Assembly (NCBI GenBank): GCA_040902225.1 | Contig: JBBDXT010000007.1 | Location: 256,346-320,345 of the forward strand | Source: Chloroflexota bacterium | GTDB taxonomy: Bacteria > Chloroflexota > Limnocylindria > QHBO01 | Length of the DNA: 64,000 nt | Direction of reading: 5' to 3' | Shown: positions 53,819 to 62,832 of the stretch, one piece after another | How positions within the stretch are numbered: the stretch's first letter is position 1 | How the letters are laid out: each line of letters opens with the position of its first letter | The notes under the pieces: model-generated | The model's input: the letters and a program-made list of their open reading frames with translations, nothing else | Database searches by the model: none | What the model was told of the DNA's origin: nothing | Translations under genes and position numbers: made by a program

Positions 53819-55723
53819 ATGGCCGATCTCGAGGGCACCCCAGATGCTCGGCCATCGCGCGCCCGCTTCGTGGCGGCCACCGTGATCGCCGTGCTCCTGT
53901 TTGGCGTTCTCGCGGGGCGCCTCTTCCAGCTGCAGGTGGTGGACGGCTCCCGGTATGCGGCCCAGGCCGTGGCGGGACGCACGATCGAGATGCCTATTCG
54001 CGCCTCGCGCGGCCTCATCTTCGATCGGGAGGGCCGGCCGATCGCCGTCAACACCCCCTCCTGGACGCTCTATGGCCGACCGGCCGACCTCCCCACCACG
54101 AAGTCCGCCCGCGACGCCGTGCTTGCGCGCGCCGCGCGCCTATCGGGTGTCGATCTCAGCACGCTCCTTCGGCGCCTGGTCGCATTCCGCGGATCGCCGT
54201 TCGAGCTCGTCCCGCTTGGCACGGAGATCGGCCGTGAGGCCGCACTGCTGATCGCGGAGGAGCAGGAGCAGTTGCCCGGGATCAGCGTGGGGGCCGATGC
54301 GAGGCGAGAGTACCTCGACGAGACGGGGGCGCGAAACGGTGAGCTGCTTGCGCACCTGCTCGGGTACACCGGACCTGTGTCGCACGGCGAGCTCGAGGAT
54401 CTCTCAGCCGTCGGGTACCTTCGCGACGACGTCATCGGCCGCGACGGTGTCGAGGCGAGCTATGAGGAGGAGCTTCGGGGCACATACGGCAGCGAGTTGC
54501 TCGAGCGCGACCCAGGCGGCCGGCCGGTAAAGGTGCTCGAGCGGGTCAGCGATCCGATCCCTGGCAGGAACCTGATGCTGACGATTGATGCCAGGATGCA
54601 GCGAATCGCAACCGAGACGCTGAAGTGGGGACTCGATGCGGCCGGGGTCGCACAGGGGGTCACGATCGTGATGAACCCCCAGACGGGCGAGATCCTGGCG
54701 ATGGTCTCGCTGCCGACGTACGACAACGGCAAGTTTGCCGCGGGGATCTCCGCGGAGGACTACGGCGCCTACCTAAGCGATCCCACCAAGCCGCTGCGTA
54801 ACCACGCCATCGCCGACATCTATCCGCCGGGATCGACCTTCAAGCTGGTGACCGGGCTGGCCGCGCTCGACGAGGCGGTGACCACTGTCTCTCGGCGCTG
54901 GCCCACGTACGGCTGCTACCAGATCCCCGATGCGCCGGCCGGGCAGTGCCTCTTCGACTGGAACCGCATCGGCTTCGGGCCGCTGAGCATCGTCGACGCA
55001 TATGCCAAGAGCTCCGACACGTTCTTCTACCAGATGGCCGTGGCGCTCGGGGTCGAGCGGCTGGGCGGATGGGCGCAGGAGCTTGGCTTCGGCGAGGAGA
55101 GCGGGCTGCGGCTCCCGAGTGAGGCCGCCGGGACGGTCATCAGCAAGGCATGGGCCCAGTCGCAGGGACGCCCTGATGTCTTCACCGGGGAGCTAGCCAT
55201 GGCCGGCATCGGGCAGAACGCCATTGCGGTCACTCCGCTGCAGTTGTTGAACGCGTACGCGGCGGTCGCGAACGGCGGTCACCTGATGCGACCGATGATC
55301 GCGCGTGGCGAGACGGACGGAGAGGGAAATCTGGTGCGCACCTACGCACCTGAGCTGATCCGCGACGTGGCCGCGAGTCCGGAGGACCTGCGCACGATGC
55401 GGATCGGCGCTCGCGAGGTGATCACCACGGGGCATGCGACCAACATCGGTGCTCTCCGGGTGCCCGGAGCGCTCTCCGGGAAGACGGGTACCGCCGAGTT
55501 CGGGACCCCGACGAGTCAGGGGGTCCTCCCCTTCCACTCGTGGTTCGTCGCCTACCTTCCCTCCAAGGCCGGAGCGACGGACGCGGATCTCGCGATCGTG
55601 ACCTTCACCTACGCGGCCGTGGTCCGGGGGAATGTCTCGCTCGAAGTCGTGAAGTACTTCCTGCAGGAATACTTCAACCTCGACCAGGACCTGCGACGCG
55701 AGTTCCAGGTCAATGCGAACTGA
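53819..55723 (+). CDS. mrdA: Penicillin-binding protein 2 (elongasome transpeptidase)
   Basis: N-terminal TM, dimerisation domain, transpeptidase SxxK (STFK), SxN (SSD region) and KTG (KTGTA) motifs. Confidence 0.85.
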   Translation: MADLEGTPDARPSRARFVAATVIAVLLFGVLAGRLFQLQVVDGSRYAAQAVAGRTIEMPIRASRGLIFDREGRPIAVNTPSWTLYGRPADLPTTKSARDAVLARAARLSGVDLSTLLRRLVAFRGSPFELVPLGTEIGREAALLIAEEQEQLPGISVGADARREYLDETGARNGELLAHLLGYTGPVSHGELEDLSAVGYLRDDVIGRDGVEASYEEELRGTYGSELLERDPGGRPVKVLERVSDPIPGRNLMLTIDARMQRIATETLKWGLDAAGVAQGVTIVMNPQTGEILAMVSLPTYDNGKFAAGISAEDYGAYLSDPTKPLRNHAIADIYPPGSTFKLVTGLAALDEAVTTVSRRWPTYGCYQIPDAPAGQCLFDWNRIGFGPLSIVDAYAKSSDTFFYQMAVALGVERLGGWAQELGFGEESGLRLPSEAAGTVISKAWAQSQGRPDVFTGELAMAGIGQNAIAVTPLQLLNAYAAVANGGHLMRPMIARGETDGEGNLVRTYAPELIRDVAASPEDLRTMRIGAREVITTGHATNIGALRVPGALSGKTGTAEFGTPTSQGVLPFHSWFVAYLPSKAGATDADLAIVTFTYAAVVRGNVSLEVVKYFLQEYFNLDQDLRREFQVNAN

Positions 55724-55726
55724 CCG

Positions 55727-56863
55727 ATGAGCGCTGCAACAGCAACCTTTGTTGAGATGACGAAGGCCCAGCGTTGGCGGGCCTTCGACTGGCAGCTGCT
55801 CCTCTATGTGCTGCTGCTGGTCGGATTCGGCATGGTGATGGGCTTTTCGGCCAACTACCAGGCGATCGGTGGCGACGGTGGGCTTTCCCAGACGGTCAAG
55901 ACCCTCATCTGGACGGGCATCGGCCTCACCCTCTTCTTCGTCGCCGCGAGCATTGACTACCACTGGCTGCAGACGTTCGCGACTCCGATCTACCTGGTCG
56001 TACTTGGCCTCCTGCTGGCGACCGTGCTGGTCGGGAGGAATCTGTTCGGGGCGCAGATGTCGATCACAGTGGCCGGCATCGACTTCCAGTTCAGCGAGAT
56101 CAGTAAGGTGCTGATGATCGTGGTGCTGGCCGCCTTCCTCGCATCGCGTCGAGAACGGATCGGTCGGCTCAGCACGATCGTCGGTGCGGCCCTGCTGATT
56201 GCGCTGCCGACGTACCTCGTTTATCGACAGCCCGACCTCGGAACCGCCCTCGTGTTCGTGGCAATTCTGCTTGGCATGCTATTTATGAGCGGGGCCGGGA
56301 TCGGCTGGCTGGCGCTCCTTGGCGGGACGACCGTGACCGTGGCGCCGATCGCCGTGGCCGCGCTCCAGGAGTACCAGCGACAGAGGCTCTTCTGCTTCCT
56401 GGATCCCTCCGCGGATCCGCAGGGGGCCTGCTACCAGGTGGTGCAGGCGCTGAATGCCGTGGGATCCGGCGGGCTGCTGGGCCAGGGCCTGACCGCCGGA
56501 CGGCAGAACCAGCTGGGCTTCCTGCCGGTGCAGTCCACCGACTTCATCTTCACTGTGGTCGCGGAGGAGCTCGGCTTCATCGGCGGGATGATCCTGCTGG
56601 GGCTCTTCGCGCTCTTGATCTGGCGCGTGCTCAGCATCGGCTGGGGAGCGCGGGACGCGTTCGGAGCGAACATCGCCGCGGGCCTCGCGAGCCTGCTCCT
56701 GTTCCAGATCACGGTGAACATCGGCATGGTGACGGGGATCATGCCCGTGACCGGCATCCCGCTGCCGTTCATCACCTACGGAGGCTCTTCGATGATCTCG
56801 TTACTGTTCGCGATGGGCCTCCTCCAGTCGGTCCGCGTGCACTCCTGGAAGCCGACCTTCTGA
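55727..56863 (+). CDS. rodA: SEDS-family peptidoglycan glycosyltransferase RodA
   Basis: FtsW/RodA/SpoVE topology and motifs (QPDLGTALVF, TDFIF, GIPLPFITYGGSS). Confidence 0.85.
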   Translation: MSAATATFVEMTKAQRWRAFDWQLLLYVLLLVGFGMVMGFSANYQAIGGDGGLSQTVKTLIWTGIGLTLFFVAASIDYHWLQTFATPIYLVVLGLLLATVLVGRNLFGAQMSITVAGIDFQFSEISKVLMIVVLAAFLASRRERIGRLSTIVGAALLIALPTYLVYRQPDLGTALVFVAILLGMLFMSGAGIGWLALLGGTTVTVAPIAVAALQEYQRQRLFCFLDPSADPQGACYQVVQALNAVGSGGLLGQGLTAGRQNQLGFLPVQSTDFIFTVVAEELGFIGGMILLGLFALLIWRVLSIGWGARDAFGANIAAGLASLLLFQITVNIGMVTGIMPVTGIPLPFITYGGSSMISLLFAMGLLQSVRVHSWKPTF

Positions 56864-56887
56864 CCGCGCGGTACCATCGCGGCACCG

Positions 56888-57601
56888 ATGATCACTAGAA
56901 GCACCGATCAGCCTCGCCAGCGCTGGCAGATCCTGTTCGCTCGCCGCCACCCCGCCCTGCGAATCCGGCAGGCGGAGCTCCTCACCGAATTCGAGCGCGC
57001 GTTTCGCGAGGCCGGCCTCCCGCTGGCAACGTCCAACGCGCAGCATCCGCGACCCAGGCTGAAGTTCGCCGCCAACCTGCCGGTCGGCATCGAGCTGCGC
57101 GGGGAGGTGCTGGAGGCGTATTTCGACGACCTGGTGCCGATCGACCGGATCCAGGCCGCCGCAGAGCTGCTCCCCGAGGGGATCGAGGTGGTCGACGCGC
57201 GCGAGGTGTGGCACGGCTTCCCGTCAGCCGCGTCCCAGCTGCGAGCCGCTGAGTACGAGGTGGAGGTCCGCAACGGGCCGGAGCTGACCAGCGATGCCCT
57301 GCGCGGAGCAGTGGTCAGGCTCCTGGCTGCTCGTCAGCTTCCCGGAATGCGGCGGAGAGGTGAGAGCGAGCGGCGCGCCGATGCGGGGCCTCGCGACCTT
57401 CGCCCGCTCCTGGAGGACGCGGAGGTGCTGGAGGTGGACGAGGAGGCGCATCGGGGCAAGCTGCGGCTGGTGCTGCGCCTCGATGCGAGTGGTGCCGGCA
57501 GGCCGGAGGACGTCGTGGGTGCCCTCGACCTGCCCCTGCGTGCAGGCCCGGCTGTCCGCACGCGCCTCCTCTTCGTTGACACTCCCCCGATCGCCCGGTA
57601 G
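56888..57601 (+). CDS. TIGR03936/DUF2344 family protein
   Basis: N-terminal pattern RFAKRGPLRFLSHLDLMRAFERAFR-like (ILFARRHPALRIRQAELLTEFERAFREAGLPLATSNAQHPRPRLKFAANLPVG); commonly encoded next to rplU. Confidence 0.6.
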   Translation: MITRSTDQPRQRWQILFARRHPALRIRQAELLTEFERAFREAGLPLATSNAQHPRPRLKFAANLPVGIELRGEVLEAYFDDLVPIDRIQAAAELLPEGIEVVDAREVWHGFPSAASQLRAAEYEVEVRNGPELTSDALRGAVVRLLAARQLPGMRRRGESERRADAGPRDLRPLLEDAEVLEVDEEAHRGKLRLVLRLDASGAGRPEDVVGALDLPLRAGPAVRTRLLFVDTPPIAR

Positions 57602-57705
57602 ACTCGCCGTCCCCCGGCGTATCGTCTGGCCGCTTCGCCGTGCGTGGGTCGGCTTCGGTCGGCCCGTCGGTTGCAGTCCATTTCAGAGCTCCCCGGGAGA
57701 TGATC

Positions 57706-58224
57706 ATGTACGCCGTCCTCAGCAGCGGCGGAAAGCAATATCGGGTCGAGGCCGGCACCACGCTCATGCTCGAGCGTCTTGACGGCAGACCCGGCGAGGC
57801 CGGCGCCAAGGTCACCTTCGATCGCGTTCTGCTCATCGGCGATGGCGACGACGTCACGATCGGGACGCCAACCGTGGCGGGCGCCTCGGTGAGCGCGACG
57901 GTCCTGGGCGAGGCGCTGGGACCCAAGCTGGTCATCTTCAAGTTCAAGCAGAAGGTCAAGTACCGTCGGCGCACCGGGCACCGGCAGCACATGACACGTG
58001 TTCGGATCGACACGATCAACCCGACGGCGGTCAGGAAGCCGACCGCGAAGGCCGATGCGAGCGAGGCCCCGATGAAGGCCGGGGACGTCGCGGAGAAGCC
58101 CGCGGCGCGGACGGCGAGGCCGAGGACGAGGAAGGTGGCGGTGGCCGAGCCCGCAGTTGAGAAGGCGGCCGAGAAGCCGAAGGCTCGCCGAGCGGCGAAG
58201 CCCAAGCCGAAGGCAGAGGAGTAA
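57706..58224 (+). CDS. rplU: 50S ribosomal protein L21 with Lys/Ala-rich C-terminal extension
   Basis: MYAVLSSGGKQYRVEAG...HRQHMTRVRI. Confidence 0.92.
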   Translation: MYAVLSSGGKQYRVEAGTTLMLERLDGRPGEAGAKVTFDRVLLIGDGDDVTIGTPTVAGASVSATVLGEALGPKLVIFKFKQKVKYRRRTGHRQHMTRVRIDTINPTAVRKPTAKADASEAPMKAGDVAEKPAARTARPRTRKVAVAEPAVEKAAEKPKARRAAKPKPKAEE

Positions 58225-58230
58225 CGACTG

Positions 58231-58500
58231 ATGGCACACAAGAAGGCAGGCAGCTCAAGCCGAAACGGTCGCGACTCTGCCGGGCAGCGGCTCGGCGTCA
58301 AGCGCGGCGACGGCCAGCAGGTCAACGCTGGCACGATCATCGTTCGCCAGCGGGGGAGTACATTCAATCCGGGGGAGAACGTGGGCATGGGGCGCGACTA
58401 CACCCTGTTCGCCACAAGCGAGGGGACCGTCAAGTTCAGCCACGCGACGCGTAGGAAGAAGCGCGTCAGCGTCATCAGTTCAGAAACAACAGCGGCCTAG
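58231..58500 (+). CDS. rpmA: 50S ribosomal protein L27
   Basis: [25 protein letters not shown]. Confidence 0.95.
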   Translation: MAHKKAGSSSRNGRDSAGQRLGVKRGDGQQVNAGTIIVRQRGSTFNPGENVGMGRDYTLFATSEGTVKFSHATRRKKRVSVISSETTAA

Positions 58501-58528
58501 GCGGCCGCGGGATCCCAGGAGCCAAGCC

Positions 58529-58741
58529 ATGAAGGCCGACATTCATCCGCAGTACCATCAGGCGCAGGTTCACTGCGTCTGCGGGACCACGTTCACGGTC
58601 GGCTCGACCGTGGAGTCGATCCGAGTCGAGGTCTGCGCCAATTGCCACCCGTTCTACACCGGTACCCAGAACATCGTCGACACCGCCGGCCAGGTCGAGC
58701 GGTTCCAGCGACGCATGGAGCGATCGCAGCGCGAGTCGTGA
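58529..58741 (+). CDS. rpmE: 50S ribosomal protein L31 (zinc-ribbon type, CxxC...CxxC)
   Basis: [10 protein letters not shown]...CVCGTT...[10 protein letters not shown]. Confidence 0.92.
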   Translation: MKADIHPQYHQAQVHCVCGTTFTVGSTVESIRVEVCANCHPFYTGTQNIVDTAGQVERFQRRMERSQRES

Positions 58742-58877
58742 CGTGCGCCGCCACCTGACCGGGTGGCGGTGGCGCCTCGCCCCCCATCTCCTGTTTCTGG
58801 TCCCCGAGCTGCTGGCCGCCGCCGGCCCGTTCGTGATCACCTCGATCGCGCGCGCCGGTGAGCGGCCTCGTTTCCGG

Positions 58878-59774
58878 ATGCCCGACTTCTTCTATGGCGG
58901 GCAGGCTCTGATCGAGGGGGTCATGATGCGCGGCCGCACGACCGTGGCCATGAGCGTCCGACCGCCCTCCGGCGAGATCCGGACCTACAGTGAGCCACTC
59001 CCCGGGGCGATGGCTCGCGGCAGGTGGGTCAAGGTGCCATTCGCCCGTGGCGTCCTGGTCCTCTACGAGGCGCTGGTGATCGGCACGCGCATGCTGATGC
59101 GCTCGGCGGCGATCGCGGCCGAGGGCGAGGACATCCAGATCGGGAAGGGCACCATGGCCGTGACGATGGTGATCTCGATCGGGTTCGCGATTGGCCTCTT
59201 CTTCGTCCTGCCGCTCTTCCTTTCGACCTTCGCGGAGCGAGCCACGACCAGCGACCTGCTCGCCAACCTGGCCGAGGGGGGAATTCGCCTGGCCGTGTTC
59301 GTCGCCTACATCTGGCTGATCGGGCGCATGGCCGAGGTTCGTCGCGTGTTCGCCTATCACGGGGCGGAGCACAAGGCCATCAGCGCCCACGAGGCTCAGC
59401 GTCCGCTGACGCCCGGGGAGGTCGATCGCTTCAGCACGGCCCACACGCGCTGCGGCACGACCTTCCTGCTGATCGTGGTGGTCATCAGCATCTTCTTCTT
59501 CGGCCTTATCCCCCGGGCCGGCGTACCGCTCCCGCTCCTCTTCCTGTCGCGGATCGTGCTGGTCCCCTTCATTGCCGCCTTCGCCTACGAGCTCGTGCGA
59601 TTCGGGGCGAGCCACTATGGCAACCGCGTTGTCCGCGCCATCTACGCCCCCGGCCTCTGGCTGCAGGCGCTCACCACCCGACCCCCGGACCACAGCATGC
59701 TGGAGGTGAGCATCGCGTCGCTCGAATCATGCCTGGCGTCGGATCGCGAGGCGGCGCTTCCGGCGAACCCGTGA
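58878..59774 (+). CDS. DUF1385 domain membrane protein (YqhQ-like)
   Basis: FYGGQALIEGVMMRG start block and GAEHKAI motif; conserved neighbour of prfA. Confidence 0.7.
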   Translation: MPDFFYGGQALIEGVMMRGRTTVAMSVRPPSGEIRTYSEPLPGAMARGRWVKVPFARGVLVLYEALVIGTRMLMRSAAIAAEGEDIQIGKGTMAVTMVISIGFAIGLFFVLPLFLSTFAERATTSDLLANLAEGGIRLAVFVAYIWLIGRMAEVRRVFAYHGAEHKAISAHEAQRPLTPGEVDRFSTAHTRCGTTFLLIVVVISIFFFGLIPRAGVPLPLLFLSRIVLVPFIAAFAYELVRFGASHYGNRVVRAIYAPGLWLQALTTRPPDHSMLEVSIASLESCLASDREAALPANP

Positions 59775-60850
59775 TCGATCGACTGCGCCAGATCGAGTCG
59801 ACCTACGACGCGGTCGTCGCGGAGATGGCGACGCCGGCGGCGGCCAGCGACCCGGCACGCCTGCAGGCGCTGGGTCGAGAGCTCTCCCGCCTGGAGCCGG
59901 TGGTGGAGGCGATCCGCGCCTGGTCCGCGGTCCGGGATGAGCTGGAGGCGACGCGGTCGATGGCGCATGACCCCGACGAGGAGGTGCGCGCCATGGCGCG
60001 CGAGGAGCTGGCCGCGCTCGAGGCTCGTGAGCAGGTCATCGACCAGGACCTGCGCCGGCTGCTGGTCCCGCGCGACCCGAATGACGATCGAGACGTGATC
60101 CTGGAGGTCCGCGCCGGGACCGGCGGCGACGAGGCCGCCCTGTTTGCCGGCGACCTGTACCGCATGTACGCCCGCTATGCCGAGCGGAGGCGCTGGAAGT
60201 TCGACCTGATCTCCGTCAGCGAGGGCGGCGGCGGCGGGGTGAAGGAGGCGATCGCCGAGATCGCCGGCCAGGGGGCCTACTCGCGCCTGAAGTTCGAGAG
60301 CGGCGTGCACCGCGTGCAGCGGGTGCCGACAACCGAGGCGGCGGGCCGGATCCACACGTCGACCGCAACCGTCAGCATCCTGCCTGAGGCCGATGAGGTC
60401 GAGATCCAGATCCCTGACAAGGACCTCCGGATTGACGTCTACCGATCGAGCGGGCCGGGCGGGCAGAGCGTCAACACCACCGACAGCGCGGTGCGCATCA
60501 CGCACCTGCCGAGCGGGCTGGTGGTGGCCATCCAGGATGAGAAGAGCCAGCACAAGAACAAGGCCAAGGCGCTGGCCGTCCTCCGCGCTCGGCTGCTGGA
60601 ACTGGAGCAGTCAAGGCAGGCCGAGGAACGCGGCGACCAGCGCCGGTCCCAGGTGGGCAGCGGTGAGCGCGCCGAGAAGATCCGCACCTACAACTTTCCC
60701 GACGACCGGGTCACCGACCATCGCGTCGGTGTCACCGTGCACAACCTGCCCGGCCTGCTCGAGGGTGATCTCGACCGGTTGATCGAGCCACTGGCTGAGG
60801 CCGATCAGGCCGCGCGCCTCGCGCGGATCGGCGCCGATGACACCCTCTGA
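59771..60850 (+). CDS. prfA: Peptide chain release factor 1
   Basis: PxT-type tripeptide region and GGQ (RSSGPGGQSVNTTDSAVRITHLP); GTG start overlapping the upstream stop. Confidence 0.92.
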   Translation: MIDRLRQIESTYDAVVAEMATPAAASDPARLQALGRELSRLEPVVEAIRAWSAVRDELEATRSMAHDPDEEVRAMAREELAALEAREQVIDQDLRRLLVPRDPNDDRDVILEVRAGTGGDEAALFAGDLYRMYARYAERRRWKFDLISVSEGGGGGVKEAIAEIAGQGAYSRLKFESGVHRVQRVPTTEAAGRIHTSTATVSILPEADEVEIQIPDKDLRIDVYRSSGPGGQSVNTTDSAVRITHLPSGLVVAIQDEKSQHKNKAKALAVLRARLLELEQSRQAEERGDQRRSQVGSGERAEKIRTYNFPDDRVTDHRVGVTVHNLPGLLEGDLDRLIEPLAEADQAARLARIGADDTL

Positions 60851-61763
60851 GTCAGTGGCGGGAGCGGTGCTGCCCCAGGCCAGCGCCGGCCGCCTCGTGG
60901 CGGCAACCGCGTTCTCGCTGCGAGCCGCCGGGATTCCCTCGCCGCGCCTGGATGCCGAGCTCCTGGTTGGACATGCCTTCGGCCGCGATCGCGCCTGGCT
61001 GCATGCCCACCCCGACGCCGAGCTGGGCCCACGAGAAGCCAGCCTGCTGGCAGGATGGATCGAGCGGCGTGCTGCAGGCGAGCCGATTGCCTATATCCGC
61101 GGCTTCAAGGAATGGCTCTCGCTGCGAATCGCGACCGACGCCCGAGCCCTCATTCCGCGTCCGGAGACGGAGCTGCTGGTCGAGGCCGCCATCGGCGAGA
61201 TCGCCGCGCATCTGGTCCGAGGCGAGGAGACGGTGCAGGCCTGGGAGGTGGCGACCGGGAGTGGTGCGGTCGCCCTCGCCATCGCGCTGCGCTTCCGAAC
61301 CGCTATCGCGCTCGGGCGGCTTCGCCTCGCGGCCAGCGACCTGTCGGCAGAGGCGCTCGAGCTCGCCTCGGAGAACCTGGCAGCGCACGGGGTGGGAGGC
61401 ACGGTGACGCTCGCGTGCGGCGACCTGCTCGAGCCGGCGGCGTTGCGCGATGGTCGGGCCGACCTGCTCATCGCCAACCTGCCGTACCTGACCAGCGCCC
61501 AGGTCGAGACCGGCAAGGGCTCGCTCGCCTGGGAGCCGCGGCGCGCCCTCGACGGTGGAGTCGATGGCCTCGACCTGCTGCGGCGGCTCATCAACGATCT
61601 CCCCACAGCCATCGCCTCCGACGGGGCGGCGCTGCTGGAGATCGGGGAGGGACAGGCTGCGCCCGTCCGCGAGATGCTGGCGGCGCTCCCGTCGAGGACC
61701 TCGGTCACCACCCTGCTGGACCTCGCGGGCATCGAGCGAGTCGTCCGCGTGGCGTTCGTCTGA
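60837..61763 (+). CDS. prmC: Release factor glutamine N5-methyltransferase PrmC/HemK
   Basis: SAM-binding VATGSGAVALAIA and NLPY substrate motif. Confidence 0.85.
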   Translation: MTPSESVAGAVLPQASAGRLVAATAFSLRAAGIPSPRLDAELLVGHAFGRDRAWLHAHPDAELGPREASLLAGWIERRAAGEPIAYIRGFKEWLSLRIATDARALIPRPETELLVEAAIGEIAAHLVRGEETVQAWEVATGSGAVALAIALRFRTAIALGRLRLAASDLSAEALELASENLAAHGVGGTVTLACGDLLEPAALRDGRADLLIANLPYLTSAQVETGKGSLAWEPRRALDGGVDGLDLLRRLINDLPTAIASDGAALLEIGEGQAAPVREMLAALPSRTSVTTLLDLAGIERVVRVAFV

Positions 61764-61766
61764 CTG

Positions 61767-62372
61767 ATGGCCGATCGGCTGACGGGCGACCAGGCTGGCA
61801 TCGCCCGCGCGGCGGAGCTGCTGCGGGCGGGGGAGCTGGTCGCATTCCCGACAGACACCGTGTACGGCATCGGCTGCCGGATCGGAGACCCCGCCGCGCT
61901 GGCGCGCATCTTCACCGCCAAGCGGCGTGACCCGGAGAAGGCCATCCCATGGCTGGTGGCGTCCCGCGCCGAGGTGGCCGGGTCGGGGTTCCGGGTCGAC
62001 GATCGCGCACTCCAGCTCGCCGAGCGCTTCTGGCCCGGCGCCCTGACCCTGGTGCTCCCGGCGGTGGACGGGGGCGCAACGCAGGCCTTCCGGGTTCCGG
62101 CGCACGACGTGGCGCTCTCACTCCTGGCGGCAACCGGACCGATGGCCGTGACCAGCGCCAACCGATCGGGCGAGCCGGAGACCCTCGATGCGGACGACGT
62201 GGCCATCGCGTTCGCCGATTCGGAGGAGCCGTCCGCCATCCTCGATGGGGGACGGGTGCCGGGCGGGGTGGCCTCGTCGGTGCTGGACCTGAGCGGCCCC
62301 GTGGCGCGGATGTTGCGCGAGGGTGCCGTGTCCCGCGCCGAGGTCGAGGGGCTGATCGGGCCGATAGACTAG
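61767..62372 (+). CDS. tsaC: L-threonylcarbamoyladenylate synthase (YrdC/TsaC family)
   Basis: YrdC fold motifs (VAFPTDTVYGIGC; PGALTLVLP; SANRSGEP). Confidence 0.85.
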   Translation: MADRLTGDQAGIARAAELLRAGELVAFPTDTVYGIGCRIGDPAALARIFTAKRRDPEKAIPWLVASRAEVAGSGFRVDDRALQLAERFWPGALTLVLPAVDGGATQAFRVPAHDVALSLLAATGPMAVTSANRSGEPETLDADDVAIAFADSEEPSAILDGGRVPGGVASSVLDLSGPVARMLREGAVSRAEVEGLIGPID

Positions 62373-62379
62373 CGGCGCC

Positions 62380-62832
62380 ATGCGCGTCGCCATCGGCTCC
62401 GACCATGCCGGCTTCGCCCTCAAGGGTGAGCTCTGCAGCCTGCTCGACGAGCTGCGGGTCGAGTACCGCGACTTCGGGACCTTCTCCGCCGATGCCGTCG
62501 ACTACCCCGATTTCGTGGCACCGGTGGCCAGGGCCGTCTCCCGCGGCGACTACGAGCTGGGGATCGTCATTGGCGGAAGCGGGACCGGCGAGGCGATCGT
62601 CGCCAACAAGGTGCGCGGCATCCGCTGCGTCCAGGCCACCAACCCCGTGGTTGCCCGCCTGGCGCGCGAGCATAACGACGCGAACGTGATCGCCTTCGGC
62701 GCTCGCATCATCGGCACCGAGGTGGCCAAGGCCTGCCTCCGCGAGTTCCTGTCAAGCCAGTTCGCGGGTGGTCGCCACATCGCTCGGCTGGAGAAGCTGG
62801 CGAAGATCGAGGCGGAGGAGGCGGGGCGCTGA
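62380..62832 (+). CDS. rpiB: Ribose-5-phosphate isomerase B
   Basis: RpiB/LacA/LacB fold (MRVAIGSDHAGF, GIVIGGSGTGEAI, catalytic Cys in GIRCV). Confidence 0.88.
   Translation: MRVAIGSDHAGFALKGELCSLLDELRVEYRDFGTFSADAVDYPDFVAPVARAVSRGDYELGIVIGGSGTGEAIVANKVRGIRCVQATNPVVARLAREHNDANVIAFGARIIGTEVAKACLREFLSSQFAGGRHIARLEKLAKIEAEEAGR

Noticed and set aside
57602-57705. Possible ribosomal-protein leader/attenuator upstream of rplU
   Set aside because: GC-rich with some pairing potential, but I cannot support a specific conserved leader structure from sequence alone.
59024-60850. 608-aa ORF extending prfA far upstream
   Set aside because: The upstream part is out-of-frame DUF1385 sequence. RF1 homology begins at GTG 59771 (VIDRLRQIES).
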